This document shows, piece by piece, positions 30,745 to 39,750 of a stretch of DNA of 64,000 nt. Both the position numbers and the translations under genes were made by a program. The notes below the pieces were generated by a model. That model was not told the DNA's origin. It searched no databases and saw nothing but the letters and a program-made list of their open reading frames with translations. This DNA is from Sedimentisphaeraceae bacterium JB056 (lineage in GTDB: Bacteria > Planctomycetota > Phycisphaerae > Sedimentisphaerales > Sedimentisphaeraceae), in the NCBI GenBank assembly GCA_044440125.1, contig JBITAJ010000004.1, forward strand, positions 32,001-96,000, written 5' to 3'. Position 1 is the stretch's first letter, and each line of letters begins with the position of its first letter.

Positions 30745-32085
30745 TCAATAGCTCTGAAGCCATTGTGCTGCCATCAGAATAATGTCTGAAGTATCAAATA
30801 ATCCATCATCATTTATATCACCGATAAAAGAACCGGTAATCAAAGAAATATCATTATCATTGAAACAGGCAAGATCGTAATAATTTACAATTCTGTCTCT
30901 GTTGAGATCTGCATTACCAAAAACATCTCTTATTTGATCGGAGCTTAGAGAACGATTGTAGAATCGCACTTCATCAAGAAAGCCATTCAATCCTCGTGCA
31001 ATATTACTTGAAGCAGACCCCAATATTAAACGATTATAATTTGAGCCAGCATCTATATCAAAAATTTGCTTCTGGTCATTCAGGTATACGGATATTTCCG
31101 TTTGCGATTGCGTAACAGCTACAAAAGACCATTGATTTACAGGTATCGTAAAATTAGAAAAATTGTTCGCAACGGGTCTTCTGTAATAAACATCAAGCTT
31201 ATTGTCACGTATTCTGAAATCCAATATATCATCAGTTGAATTGCTGTTATACAAGCGAGCTATTGTATGAGGCGATAAGGTTGAAAAACCGGACAACAGG
31301 AAAGACGGATTTATCCATGCAGTCAAAGTCAAACCGTCAATATCCTTTATATCAATAACACCCGGATACAAAACTTGTGAATAGCCTTCAACACCATTGT
31401 CAAAGAAGCAAGACTGCCCTGTATAACCATTATCATCTACTACCGGACTGCCGCCGCTGCCAATAGAAACAAGATCCCGTCCATTCCCACTCGAGTCATT
31501 GAGATTACCGTTGAATCTCCAACGGCCATAGAGTTCTACATCAAGTTCTTTTGGCAAGGAAACACGTTCAATCAAAAGGTCGTCAAACCAAACATTACCG
31601 GCCGGCCCATAACCTCTCAAAAACAATTTCACCAACTTGGTATCGTATCCAAGCCGAATTGTTTTCTCCAGATAAATATAACCGTCAGTTGTTTTGAAAC
31701 CTTCTCCAAGTATTTCTGCGGTATGAGTACCGGCAAGTTCAATAGATGCGGTATATTTAGCTGTGCTGCTTACAACTTGATTTGTTTTTATATAGCCGCT
31801 TACCCTGACAACGCTGCCAGGTTCAACCGATATAAAATTGCTGTAAGTTGCAGTATCTTCAGCTGTGGAATTATCCTCAGGCAAACTCAACTTAAGACTG
31901 CGATTTCCTGAATTACTGTAATTAGAGTCCAGAACCCAATTGGAACTGAAATTTTCAGAATACCATCCACTGGGAAGGGTGCCGGTTGCTTCAAAGTCTT
32001 CTGAATAGATGACATCACCGGCAAGAGCTTTAATACCAAACGAAATTAAAGCACAAGCAAATATCAGCGGTATTGAACATCTCAT
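30745..32085 (-). CDS. Secreted protein: CBM-like + LamG + dockerin-like
   Basis: EDFE..WFDDL domain paralogous to the 28866-30665 protein; LamG; ADLNRDRIVNYYD and GDINDDGLFDTSD..QWL. Confidence 0.8.
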   Translation of the reverse strand: MRCSIPLIFACALISFGIKALAGDVIYSEDFEATGTLPSGWYSENFSSNWVLDSNYSNSGNRSLKLSLPEDNSTAEDTATYSNFISVEPGSVVRVSGYIKTNQVVSSTAKYTASIELAGTHTAEILGEGFKTTDGYIYLEKTIRLGYDTKLVKLFLRGYGPAGNVWFDDLLIERVSLPKELDVELYGRWRFNGNLNDSSGNGRDLVSIGSGGSPVVDDNGYTGQSCFFDNGVEGYSQVLYPGVIDIKDIDGLTLTAWINPSFLLSGFSTLSPHTIARLYNSNSTDDILDFRIRDNKLDVYYRRPVANNFSNFTIPVNQWSFVAVTQSQTEISVYLNDQKQIFDIDAGSNYNRLILGSASSNIARGLNGFLDEVRFYNRSLSSDQIRDVFGNADLNRDRIVNYYDLACFNDNDISLITGSFIGDINDDGLFDTSDIILMAAQWLQSY

Positions 32086-32087
32086 AT

Positions 32088-32741
32088 TCAACGACCATAT
32101 ACTTTAATATGTTTTTCCGTATTCATACTTTCCCAGTCTTTGGTGTATTCAACATGTCCATCACCAAATCCATAGTTCGCCCCCTCATTATCACGATCGC
32201 CGTATCTGCGTTCAAACGCGGTATCACCTTCATACCTAAATCCCCAATTTAACAAATTAGAGACGCGATCTCTTTCTACATCTGCTAATACAACCAACTC
32301 AGCAGAGTCCTTGAATGAAGTTAGTTTCCGTCCCTTTAATGGGCCAACATATCTATCTCCATCGTCATCAATAACACCTGCCAATTCCATATTAAGGCCG
32401 TAATGACAGAAGTAATCTCCCCATATATTTTTCTCGCGAAGTTTCTGAGAAGGACAAAGAAAAGCCTCTATAGGCATATCATAAATCTCAAGCTTTGTCA
32501 TAAAACCGTTACCTGTGAAATTATCTATCAAAGGCGTAACCCAGCCGTCATTTTCCTGAACATATATCATCTGAGCCGTCATTACCTGCCGTACATTGGA
32601 AGTGCATATTGTCTTCTTGGCAAGAGCCCTCGCCTTTGACAAAGCCGGCATCATTACCGCCATTAGCAATGCTATTATAGAAATAACAACTAAAAGCTCT
32701 ATGAGTGTAAAACCGTCTGCTCTTTTTTTGTAACTGTTCAT
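32088..32741 (-). CDS. Prepilin-type N-terminal cleavage/methylation domain protein (DUF1559-like)
   Basis: Start moved to MNSYKKRADG-FTLIELLVVISIIALLMAVMMPAL; FLCPS, YGLN, ANYGFGDGHVE. Confidence 0.85.
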   Translation of the reverse strand: MNSYKKRADGFTLIELLVVISIIALLMAVMMPALSKARALAKKTICTSNVRQVMTAQMIYVQENDGWVTPLIDNFTGNGFMTKLEIYDMPIEAFLCPSQKLREKNIWGDYFCHYGLNMELAGVIDDDGDRYVGPLKGRKLTSFKDSAELVVLADVERDRVSNLLNWGFRYEGDTAFERRYGDRDNEGANYGFGDGHVEYTKDWESMNTEKHIKVYGR

Positions 32742-32761
32742 AAGAAACCGTTCTTTATAAT

Positions 32762-32787
32762 GGCGGGCGGTTTTAAAACCACCCGCC
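32762..32787 (-). other. Intra-operon stem-loop
   Basis: Minus strand GGCGGGTGGTT-TTAA-AACCGCCCGCC; 11-bp stem with no strong U-tract, between the 3xLamG gene and the prepilin gene. Confidence 0.6.
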
Positions 32788-32811
32788 GTCATTAATCAAT
32801 GTTCAATTATT

Positions 32812-35001
32812 TTAGTTCACCAGAGTTGTTTCGAGCCAATACTTGACCATTATTGAAAGATCTGAAGTATTAACAAAACCGTCAAAGTTGATATCGCCCA
32901 AGCTGCCGGCATCTGTTTCGGTCAGCCAGCTGTCACTCATAGCGGCAAAATCTTCAATACCAACAACACCATTTTGATTTATATCTGACTCACGATACTG
33001 CAATGCATAGATTTCTGCAATGTCTATATCGCTAAGAGCACGCTTATAGATCCTCACTTCATCAAGAAGTCCGTTCATACCTCTCGGCAAGCTCATCTGA
33101 CCGCCAAGTCTGACTTCAGAATATTCCATTGGACCGTCAACGCTGAATGTCTGTTTTTGGTCATTGAAATATACGGTAAGAGTATTATTGAACTGAGTCA
33201 CAGCAACAAATGACCATGTATCCAGAGGTATCTCAAAATCAGAGATGTTATTTGAAGCCGGATTGCTGTAGTATGCCTCAAGCTTACCGTCTCTTATTCT
33301 CAATACCGTGGCGTTTGAATAATTTTCACCGTCAAAATAAGTAAACCAGACGATATTATGCGGTGAAGTTTCCGTGAAACCATCCTGCAGCATATATGGT
33401 TTAATCCATGCCGTAGCAGTAACACCGTCAGTAGGTATATTTAAGGTTCCATTAGGCGTTGTGATAACTTGAAGGCCCTTGCTTGCAGTATCAAACTGAT
33501 AACACTCACCAAGATGACCATTAGCAGACACAACAATCTCATTAGGATCACCAAACTCAGGTGTTACATCAACTTCAATACCAAGAGGTCCCGAATCTTC
33601 CATATCACCATCAAGGTGCCAATAGGCACACATATCAGTAGCTATGTCAGGCTCAGGGGTGACATAATTGTAAAGGGCCTGCAGATCAACCGTACTGAGA
33701 GCTCTTTTGTATACTCTCACATCATCAAGGAGACCGGTAAGTCCACGTGAAGTATTGGGGATGCCGCCAATAAGGAAGCGATTATACATCTGACCGCCAT
33801 CAACAGTAAATTCCGAAGAATACGTGTCATTAAGATAGAATTTTATACTTGTGCCATCCTGTATTATAGCAACAAATGACCACTGGTTTTCCGGCACTGA
33901 AAGCCCACTGGAGAGATTCAGTGAAGGATTCTTGTAATAAACATCAAGCATTCCATCACGAATACGGAAGTCAAGCACATTAGCAGTAGCAGGACTGTCG
34001 TACATCCTTACTATCGTATGAGGAGATGTCGTAGTAAACCCATCCGTGAGAACTGAAGGATTAATCCAACCCGTAATTGTAATAGGATCATTAGGGTCTA
34101 CAGAAGTAGTCATAGCAGCAAGCATTGAAGGTCCGCTTGCGGCATTATCAAACTCATAACAACTTCCAACAGCACCATTGGCGTTCACAACAGGGGCCGT
34201 ACCAACAGAAATCAGATCAAGACCATAACCACTCTGATCACTCCAGTCTCCATCCAGAGGCCAGTAACCGTAAAGGTCAGAAGTGATATCAGATACTGTC
34301 GGATCATATGAATAAACTTCCAGTATCTCAGCATCTGTAAGAGCTCTTTTGTAAAATCTAACCTCATCCATATAACCTGTTATACCACGAGCAGTCGTTG
34401 CACCAGTCGATCCAAGCATAATCCTGTTGTACGCCTGTGAACCATCAACCGCAAAAGTTTGCTTCTGATCATTCAGGTAAACCGTCAAAGAAGTACCAGT
34501 CTGAGTGACTGCAACAAACGACCACTCATTTGCCGGAACAGTAAGACTGCTGAGCTTGTTAGCCGCAGGATTGGTGTAATATACATCCAGATTATTGTCA
34601 CGAATCCTGAAATCCATGGCAGATGAGGAGCTTGTACTGAGATAAAGCTTTGCAATAGTATGCGGAGAGGTAGCTGTAAAACCAGCCTGAAGCACTGAAG
34701 GATTTATCCATGCTGTTACGGTGACAGAATCAGACACATCCACCGTTGTAGCTTGAAAAAGAACCTGTGCCCCCGCTGCCGTATTGCTGAATTCATAACA
34801 GCCGTTAAATACTCCGTTTCCATTCGGAATAGGATTGCCGCCGCTTCCGGCAGCATTCAAATCAAGCCCATTTCCACTGCTGTCAGAAATGTTGCCATCA
34901 AGCATCCAGTAACCGGCAAGATCGGATTCTATGTCACCAAATACCACTGTTGAAATAAACATAACAAGGCATAAGATTAAAAATACTCTATACTTACCCA
35001 T
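32812..35001 (-). CDS. Secreted triple-LamG protein with dockerin-like tail
   Basis: Signal peptide; three LamG repeats (WINPS.L..GFT.TSPH.I); SDINQNGVVGIEDF and GDINFDGFVNTSDL..YWL; AGGAG RBS. Confidence 0.85.
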   Translation of the reverse strand: MGKYRVFLILCLVMFISTVVFGDIESDLAGYWMLDGNISDSSGNGLDLNAAGSGGNPIPNGNGVFNGCYEFSNTAAGAQVLFQATTVDVSDSVTVTAWINPSVLQAGFTATSPHTIAKLYLSTSSSSAMDFRIRDNNLDVYYTNPAANKLSSLTVPANEWSFVAVTQTGTSLTVYLNDQKQTFAVDGSQAYNRIMLGSTGATTARGITGYMDEVRFYKRALTDAEILEVYSYDPTVSDITSDLYGYWPLDGDWSDQSGYGLDLISVGTAPVVNANGAVGSCYEFDNAASGPSMLAAMTTSVDPNDPITITGWINPSVLTDGFTTTSPHTIVRMYDSPATANVLDFRIRDGMLDVYYKNPSLNLSSGLSVPENQWSFVAIIQDGTSIKFYLNDTYSSEFTVDGGQMYNRFLIGGIPNTSRGLTGLLDDVRVYKRALSTVDLQALYNYVTPEPDIATDMCAYWHLDGDMEDSGPLGIEVDVTPEFGDPNEIVVSANGHLGECYQFDTASKGLQVITTPNGTLNIPTDGVTATAWIKPYMLQDGFTETSPHNIVWFTYFDGENYSNATVLRIRDGKLEAYYSNPASNNISDFEIPLDTWSFVAVTQFNNTLTVYFNDQKQTFSVDGPMEYSEVRLGGQMSLPRGMNGLLDEVRIYKRALSDIDIAEIYALQYRESDINQNGVVGIEDFAAMSDSWLTETDAGSLGDINFDGFVNTSDLSIMVKYWLETTLVN

Positions 35002-35047
35002 AAATGTCTCCTTTAAAAAAGTTAAAATTATTCAGTTGCTTTTAAAG

Positions 35048-36067
35048 TTATTCCGAAACTATAAGTTGCGGCTCAACAAACATACATATCTTGCCGCTGT
35101 CTTTTACTGAGTGTTCCAGACTCCACAAGAGTTCACGAACCACCCTGCTGCCAAGGGTTGAGGCTCCAATATCAACAGTGGCAGGCTTAGGATGCAGACC
35201 TGCAAGAGCCACAGGGTCATTATCGGTACCAATGATTTCAACATCTTTACCCGGCACAACACCTTTTGAATAAAGAATTTCATAAAGCAAGGCTACCTGC
35301 ATATCAATAGGGACAAAAAGACCGGTAGGCTTTACATCCGCCGCAAGCATCCTCTCTACCAAGTCGCCAAGAATAACCTTAAAACTTGCAAGATCATTGA
35401 TTGGCGACCTTTCATTGCCTCCGATAAACATTTCAACAGACTCTGCACCGGCACTTTTGGCATAAAGATCGAAGAATTCCGCACGTCTTTTGACTCCGGG
35501 ATGTTCGCTGAAAGCGTTGACAACAGCAAGCTTTTTGTGCCCTCTGTCAAGCAGATAACGTGCAGCCATTTCACCTATCATCTCATTACCGCCGAGCAGT
35601 ATTGACCCACCGCTGTTTTGATGCGATGAAAGCCAAACCGACGGTATCGATTCAATACACTCAAGAACATCTTTATCAGGCTGGGGACCGGTAAGTATCA
35701 AACCGTCAACCTTTGCATCAAGCACTGCCGGCGGCAGGGATTCAGCATCAGGAACATGGGCAAGTATCATATTTATACCCTGCTCCTTCAACGCTTCCTG
35801 AATACCGTTGACCAATTGCATGGAAACTGAAGAATAAACCTGAAATATATCTTCGCTAAGAACAAGAAAGGCTACTGTTTTATGTTTAAGATATGAATTA
35901 TTGCGGATAGCCTTCTTCTTTATTTTAGAAAGATCAATACCTTTCTGGGCAATGATATTTCTTACATGATTTACCGTCTCATCCGAAACTCCCGGCCTCT
36001 CGTTCAAAACTCTTGATACCGTTGCGGGAGACACTTTTGCAAGTTTAGCAATCTCTAAATTAAGCAT
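35048..36067 (-). CDS. LacI-family transcriptional regulator
   Basis: EIAKLAKVSPATVSRVLN HTH; PTGLFVPID sensor motif; AGAGG RBS. Confidence 0.9.
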   Translation of the reverse strand: MLNLEIAKLAKVSPATVSRVLNERPGVSDETVNHVRNIIAQKGIDLSKIKKKAIRNNSYLKHKTVAFLVLSEDIFQVYSSVSMQLVNGIQEALKEQGINMILAHVPDAESLPPAVLDAKVDGLILTGPQPDKDVLECIESIPSVWLSSHQNSGGSILLGGNEMIGEMAARYLLDRGHKKLAVVNAFSEHPGVKRRAEFFDLYAKSAGAESVEMFIGGNERSPINDLASFKVILGDLVERMLAADVKPTGLFVPIDMQVALLYEILYSKGVVPGKDVEIIGTDNDPVALAGLHPKPATVDIGASTLGSRVVRELLWSLEHSVKDSGKICMFVEPQLIVSE

Positions 36068-36143
36068 TTCAAACCTCTTTTATGGGTTATATCACAAGTC
36101 GGATTAGCATCCTGACTTTAATAATCACGTTGACCACAAACCC

Positions 36144-36318
36144 ATCATAGCAATGTTTCAGGGAAATTTCAATGAAATTTTCTTTAAAATTCCAAAACAG
36201 TCTACATAAAGGCGTAAAAAGGCCATAAAACAGGCTTCACAAGCAATAAAATTAGCTCAAAACTATATTTTTCACGAAATCGTCCATGAAATTTCAAAAA
36301 TATATTGCAAAAATTTCA
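36144..36318. promoter_or_regulatory. Divergent promoter region with repeated TGAAATTTCA palindrome
   Basis: Minus-strand TTGAAA (36172-36167)-N17-TATGAT (36149-36144). Perfect TGAAATTTCA at 36287-36296; variants at 36162-36171, 36173-36182 and 36309-36318. Confidence 0.55.
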
Positions 36319-36423
36319 TAAATCACATAACATATAAGAATGATAAGCTGATATATTAAGCAGCTATATCTGTTTCGCTATAATGAATTGAATATTTAAT
36401 TTAACAGCTTAGGAAGTTAAAAA

Positions 36424-37368
36424 ATGAATTCTCTACCTGCAGGAACATGGCCGGTAATGCTTACACCCTTCGATGAAAACAGAAACATCGACTTCAATGG
36501 ACTGAAAGATCTTATAGATTTTTATCTTGATAATAATGTTTCAGGCTTGTTTGCCACATGCGGCTCAAGCGAGATATCCATGCTGAGCCGACCCGAAATA
36601 ATTGAACTTTGCAAGGCAACCGTAAAACAAACTAACGGTAGAGTCCCTATTGTCGCCGGCATCCCCAAATGTGATACAATTGCCCAGCAAGCAGAATTAA
36701 TAAAGCAAATTTCCGGAGAAGGCGTAGATTGCTGCGTGATAATGGCCTGCTACATAGCATCCCAAGACGAAACCGAAGAACAATGGATATCAGAAGTAGA
36801 ATCCCTGCTTGAAATGACCGAAAACATCCCGTTAGGAATATATGAGTGCCCGCATCCTTACCACAGATTACTCCCACCTGAAACACTCAAATGGATAGCC
36901 CAAACAGGCAGATTCCTGTTTCACAAAGATACCTGCTGCAATATAAAGGATATCAACAATAAACTTGAATACTGCAAAGACACCAATCTATCCTTTTATA
37001 ACGCCCATACTGGTTCCTTGCTCGACTCAATGAAAAACGGAGCCAAAGGATATTGCGGCGTAGGAATTAATTTTTATCCCGAACTCTACAACTGGATATT
37101 AGACAACTATGACTCTCAACCTCATCTGGCCGAAGAAATCGCTGATTTTCTTTCAAATGCCGAAGGCATATTCGGAAGCGAATACCCGCCCTCATCAAAG
37201 GTATTTCTCAAAATGAGAGGACTCGAAATATCACCTGTATGCAGGGTAAGCGAAACGGCAGTAAGCGACCAAATGACTCAAAACCTCAGATTGTTATTAG
37301 AAAAAACCAATTATTATATACAGAAAGCAGATACTCAAAGCTGCACGCCTGCTAATATAGGGGCATAG
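36424..37368 (+). CDS. DHDPS/N-acetylneuraminate lyase family protein
   Basis: PVMLTPF, GLFATCGSSE, GIYECP.PY, Schiff-base Lys in FHKDTC. Confidence 0.88.
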   Translation: MNSLPAGTWPVMLTPFDENRNIDFNGLKDLIDFYLDNNVSGLFATCGSSEISMLSRPEIIELCKATVKQTNGRVPIVAGIPKCDTIAQQAELIKQISGEGVDCCVIMACYIASQDETEEQWISEVESLLEMTENIPLGIYECPHPYHRLLPPETLKWIAQTGRFLFHKDTCCNIKDINNKLEYCKDTNLSFYNAHTGSLLDSMKNGAKGYCGVGINFYPELYNWILDNYDSQPHLAEEIADFLSNAEGIFGSEYPPSSKVFLKMRGLEISPVCRVSETAVSDQMTQNLRLLLEKTNYYIQKADTQSCTPANIGA

Positions 37369-37388
37369 AAACACGGCAAGCTAAAATA

Positions 37389-37433
37389 AAAAAGCCCTGT
37401 TTTCGATTATTGAAGTCGAAAACAGGGCTTTTT
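37389..37433. terminator. Bidirectional intrinsic terminator
   Basis: AAAAAGCCCTGTTTTCGA-N9-TCGAAAACAGGGCTTTTT perfect inverted repeat between the DHDPS gene and the tRNA-Thr fragment 3' end. Confidence 0.85.
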
Positions 37434-37438
37434 CATTA

Positions 37439-37690
37439 ATGCCAACGGTGAGACTCGAACTCACGACCGCCGGTTTACAAAACCGGTGTTCCCAAAACAT
37501 AAGTAATGAAACAGAAGTATCTTACAAAAACAACCAAGCAATAGGGACATTAACTGGGACACAGATGTGTACACCCAATAAATTAGCCACTTTGGATAAT
37601 GACCTGCAAAATATAATCAACAAATGGTCAAGTCTGCCAGAACATATCAGGCAAGCAATTCAAACTCTCGTTCAAGTATCTAAGCGGTAA
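37439..37690 (+). other. att-adjacent small ORF ending in DLQNIINKWSSLPEHIRQAIQTLV
   Basis: N-terminus is the antisense reading of the tRNA fragment. The C-terminal amphipathic motif resembles peptides I recall beside tRNA/att junctions in planctomycetes; not verified. Confidence 0.4.
37440..37491 (-). pseudogene. 3' fragment of tRNA-Thr(TGT), att-site scar
   Basis: Minus strand CCGGT-TTTGTAA-ACCGG anticodon arm, CGGTC, GTGAG-TTCGAGT-CTCAC T-arm, CGTTGGC-A acceptor 3' strand. No 5' acceptor strand or D-loop upstream. Confidence 0.85.
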
Positions 37691-37695
37691 ATTAT

Positions 37696-37735
37696 TCAAG
37701 ATTCGGAGACCTTCGGATCGACAGTCCGACTCTCT
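37696..37735 (-). pseudogene. Degenerate 3' fragment of tRNA-Asp(GTC), older att-site scar
   Basis: Minus strand AGAGAG-TCGGA-CTGTCGA-TCCGA perfect anticodon arm, AGGTC variable region, then TC/CGAATCTTGA, which becomes a perfect T-arm if 5 nt are restored. Confidence 0.6.
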
Positions 37736-37860
37736 GGTTTCGTAAGTATCTACTAATAAATAATTAACAACTGATATTAAAAGACTTATAATTTCAACCG
37801 TAACACAGTCGAAGCTCAACAGTAAACCAAACGTGCATAACTGTTGCAAGTGTGTTGCAA

Positions 37861-37983
37861 ATTCAAGACCTGGATCAACCTCTTTTGTCCTGTATTGAAC
37901 CAGGAATATATAATGATACTGATATCCAATGCATAGAAAGACTCGGCGGTCTCCTGAAATCAGACCACCGCCTTGCCACTTGA
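37861..37983 (+). pseudogene. C-terminal remnant of an integrase-core (rve) transposase
   Basis: Hand translation IQDLDQPLLSCIEPGIYNDTDIQCIERLGGLLKSDHRLAT*; the C.ERLGGLLK..R.A* ending resembles rve-domain IS transposase C-termini. Confidence 0.6.
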
Positions 37984-38210
37984 AAAACTTACTATTCAAG
38001 CTGAACCTACAGTGCCATTGCGCGAAGACTTATGTATTCGGTGTTAAATTAAGTCAAATATAAATTGCTTTCTACAACACATAACATAATTACAATGCAT
38101 CGAGTATAAAAAACAGCTCAAATTAATTTAATTAACTCATCAAAAAGCAAAGACCTGGTAATGGATGAGTTTTTGTACCCCACGGGATTACTGACCTTTG
38201 AAGATTGATA

Positions 38211-39683
38211 TCAATTACGAAACAATGAAATAGTAACTGCCGTAATGACAAGAACGGTATTCACTATTAAAACAGTCGCGTAGGCATGAACATTAATACT
38301 TAAAGCATGCGGCAACCAACCAAAATAATTCATCATAAGGTATATATTAACCAAAACAGCTACCATAGTACCCCAAAGCACCGCTTTATAATCGACTCGT
38401 TTAACAAAAAAACCAAGCATATAAATACCAAGTACACATCCTCCAAATACTGAATTTAGTATAAAGCCAAGATCCACCATGCTCTCACGTGGCACATAAT
38501 GAAACGCTATCGCACCAGATATCATAAATACACCTGCCGCAATTGATATGAGCTTGGCTCTGGAAAGATAATAAGCATCGTCTGAATTTCTTGATAAATA
38601 ACGCTTTAATATATCAACTGTAAATATCGTGGCTATTGAGTTTATTGAAGAATCAAGAGAAGACATTGCTGCCGCCAGACATGCCGCCACAATAAGCCCG
38701 GCAACTCCTGCCGGTATCTTTGTAAGTATAAAATACGGCAGTACCTGATCGGCATTCATACTTTGGACTGTACTATCGGGAAACACTTTATAGTAAACAA
38801 ACAAGCATGTTCCCAGGAAGAAAAATAAGAGCCACATTGGGACACTCATAATTGCACATAACAGAGTAGCTTTACGAGCTTCTCTCATTGACTTAGATGC
38901 CAAATATCGCTGTATAACGTTTTGGTTACTCGAATACTCAGTCATAAACCCTATTAGCCCCATAATAGCCATTACAAAGAAAGTTCTCTGATCAAGCCCC
39001 CATTCAACTGGACCAATACTAAATTTATCATTGGTCGCACCTACCTCAAAAACCTGCATTAGACCTTCAGGCAAGGCAATCAAAATGGATACAAAACAAA
39101 GTATGCCGCCAAGAAGGAGTATTAAGGTTTGGACAACATCAGTCCATATAACAGCCTCAAAACCACCAAGAACTGTATAAAAACTGATAAATATTCCACC
39201 AACAATGATTACAAGTATTATTGACTGGCCCGTCAATATTGCTATAGGTATTGAAACAAGATACAACACTGTACTTAGACGTAAAAGCTGCAATATTATA
39301 AAACTAACAGAAGCATACAATCGCACCAAATGGCCAAATCTTTTTTCAAGATACTCAAAAGCAGATGTAATCCTGCCTTCTCTGAAAATCGGTATAAAAA
39401 TAAATATGGCCGCTATTGCTACAAATGGCAACATTAGATTCGGAATAATATTTCTGTAATCCAATACAAAAGCAGCTGCAGGCAAAGCCAAAAAAGTTAC
39501 AGAGCTTATTGATGTTCCCAACATAGAAAGGCCTATAGCCCAACCTGGAAAAGAACGATTTCCGAGAAAGTAATCCTCTGTACTCTTATTTCGAGTTGCA
39601 AAATAAACACCAACTGCCGCCATTCCAAACAAAAACAAAAAAATAACAGCAATATCCAAAGGACGAATGACCAAAGAAAGCAT
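38211..39683 (-). CDS. SSS-family symporter (SiaT-like), paralog of 20784-22337
   Basis: YFLGNRS, GLSMLGTSISSVTFLALPA, AVIWTDVVQ, NQNVIQRY, AAAMSSLDSSIN. Confidence 0.9.
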   Translation of the reverse strand: MLSLVIRPLDIAVIFLFLFGMAAVGVYFATRNKSTEDYFLGNRSFPGWAIGLSMLGTSISSVTFLALPAAAFVLDYRNIIPNLMLPFVAIAAIFIFIPIFREGRITSAFEYLEKRFGHLVRLYASVSFIILQLLRLSTVLYLVSIPIAILTGQSIILVIIVGGIFISFYTVLGGFEAVIWTDVVQTLILLLGGILCFVSILIALPEGLMQVFEVGATNDKFSIGPVEWGLDQRTFFVMAIMGLIGFMTEYSSNQNVIQRYLASKSMREARKATLLCAIMSVPMWLLFFFLGTCLFVYYKVFPDSTVQSMNADQVLPYFILTKIPAGVAGLIVAACLAAAMSSLDSSINSIATIFTVDILKRYLSRNSDDAYYLSRAKLISIAAGVFMISGAIAFHYVPRESMVDLGFILNSVFGGCVLGIYMLGFFVKRVDYKAVLWGTMVAVLVNIYLMMNYFGWLPHALSINVHAYATVLIVNTVLVITAVTISLFRN

Positions 39684-39750
39684 TAAATAATAGCTCCGTC
39701 TAATTATAACCAGTGATTAGTTCTCATGCCAATAATACATATTGTCAGAA

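Noticed and set aside
37440..37520. Intact tRNA-Thr gene
   Set aside because: No 5' acceptor strand (GCCAACG) or D-loop at the expected position, so it is reported as a fragment.
37628..37999. 123-aa minus-strand ORF with KFFKWQGG, suggesting IS200/RAYT TnpA
   Set aside because: No HUH motif or properly placed catalytic Tyr. The opposite strand matches an rve-transposase tail better, and the ORF runs through the tRNA-Asp remnant.
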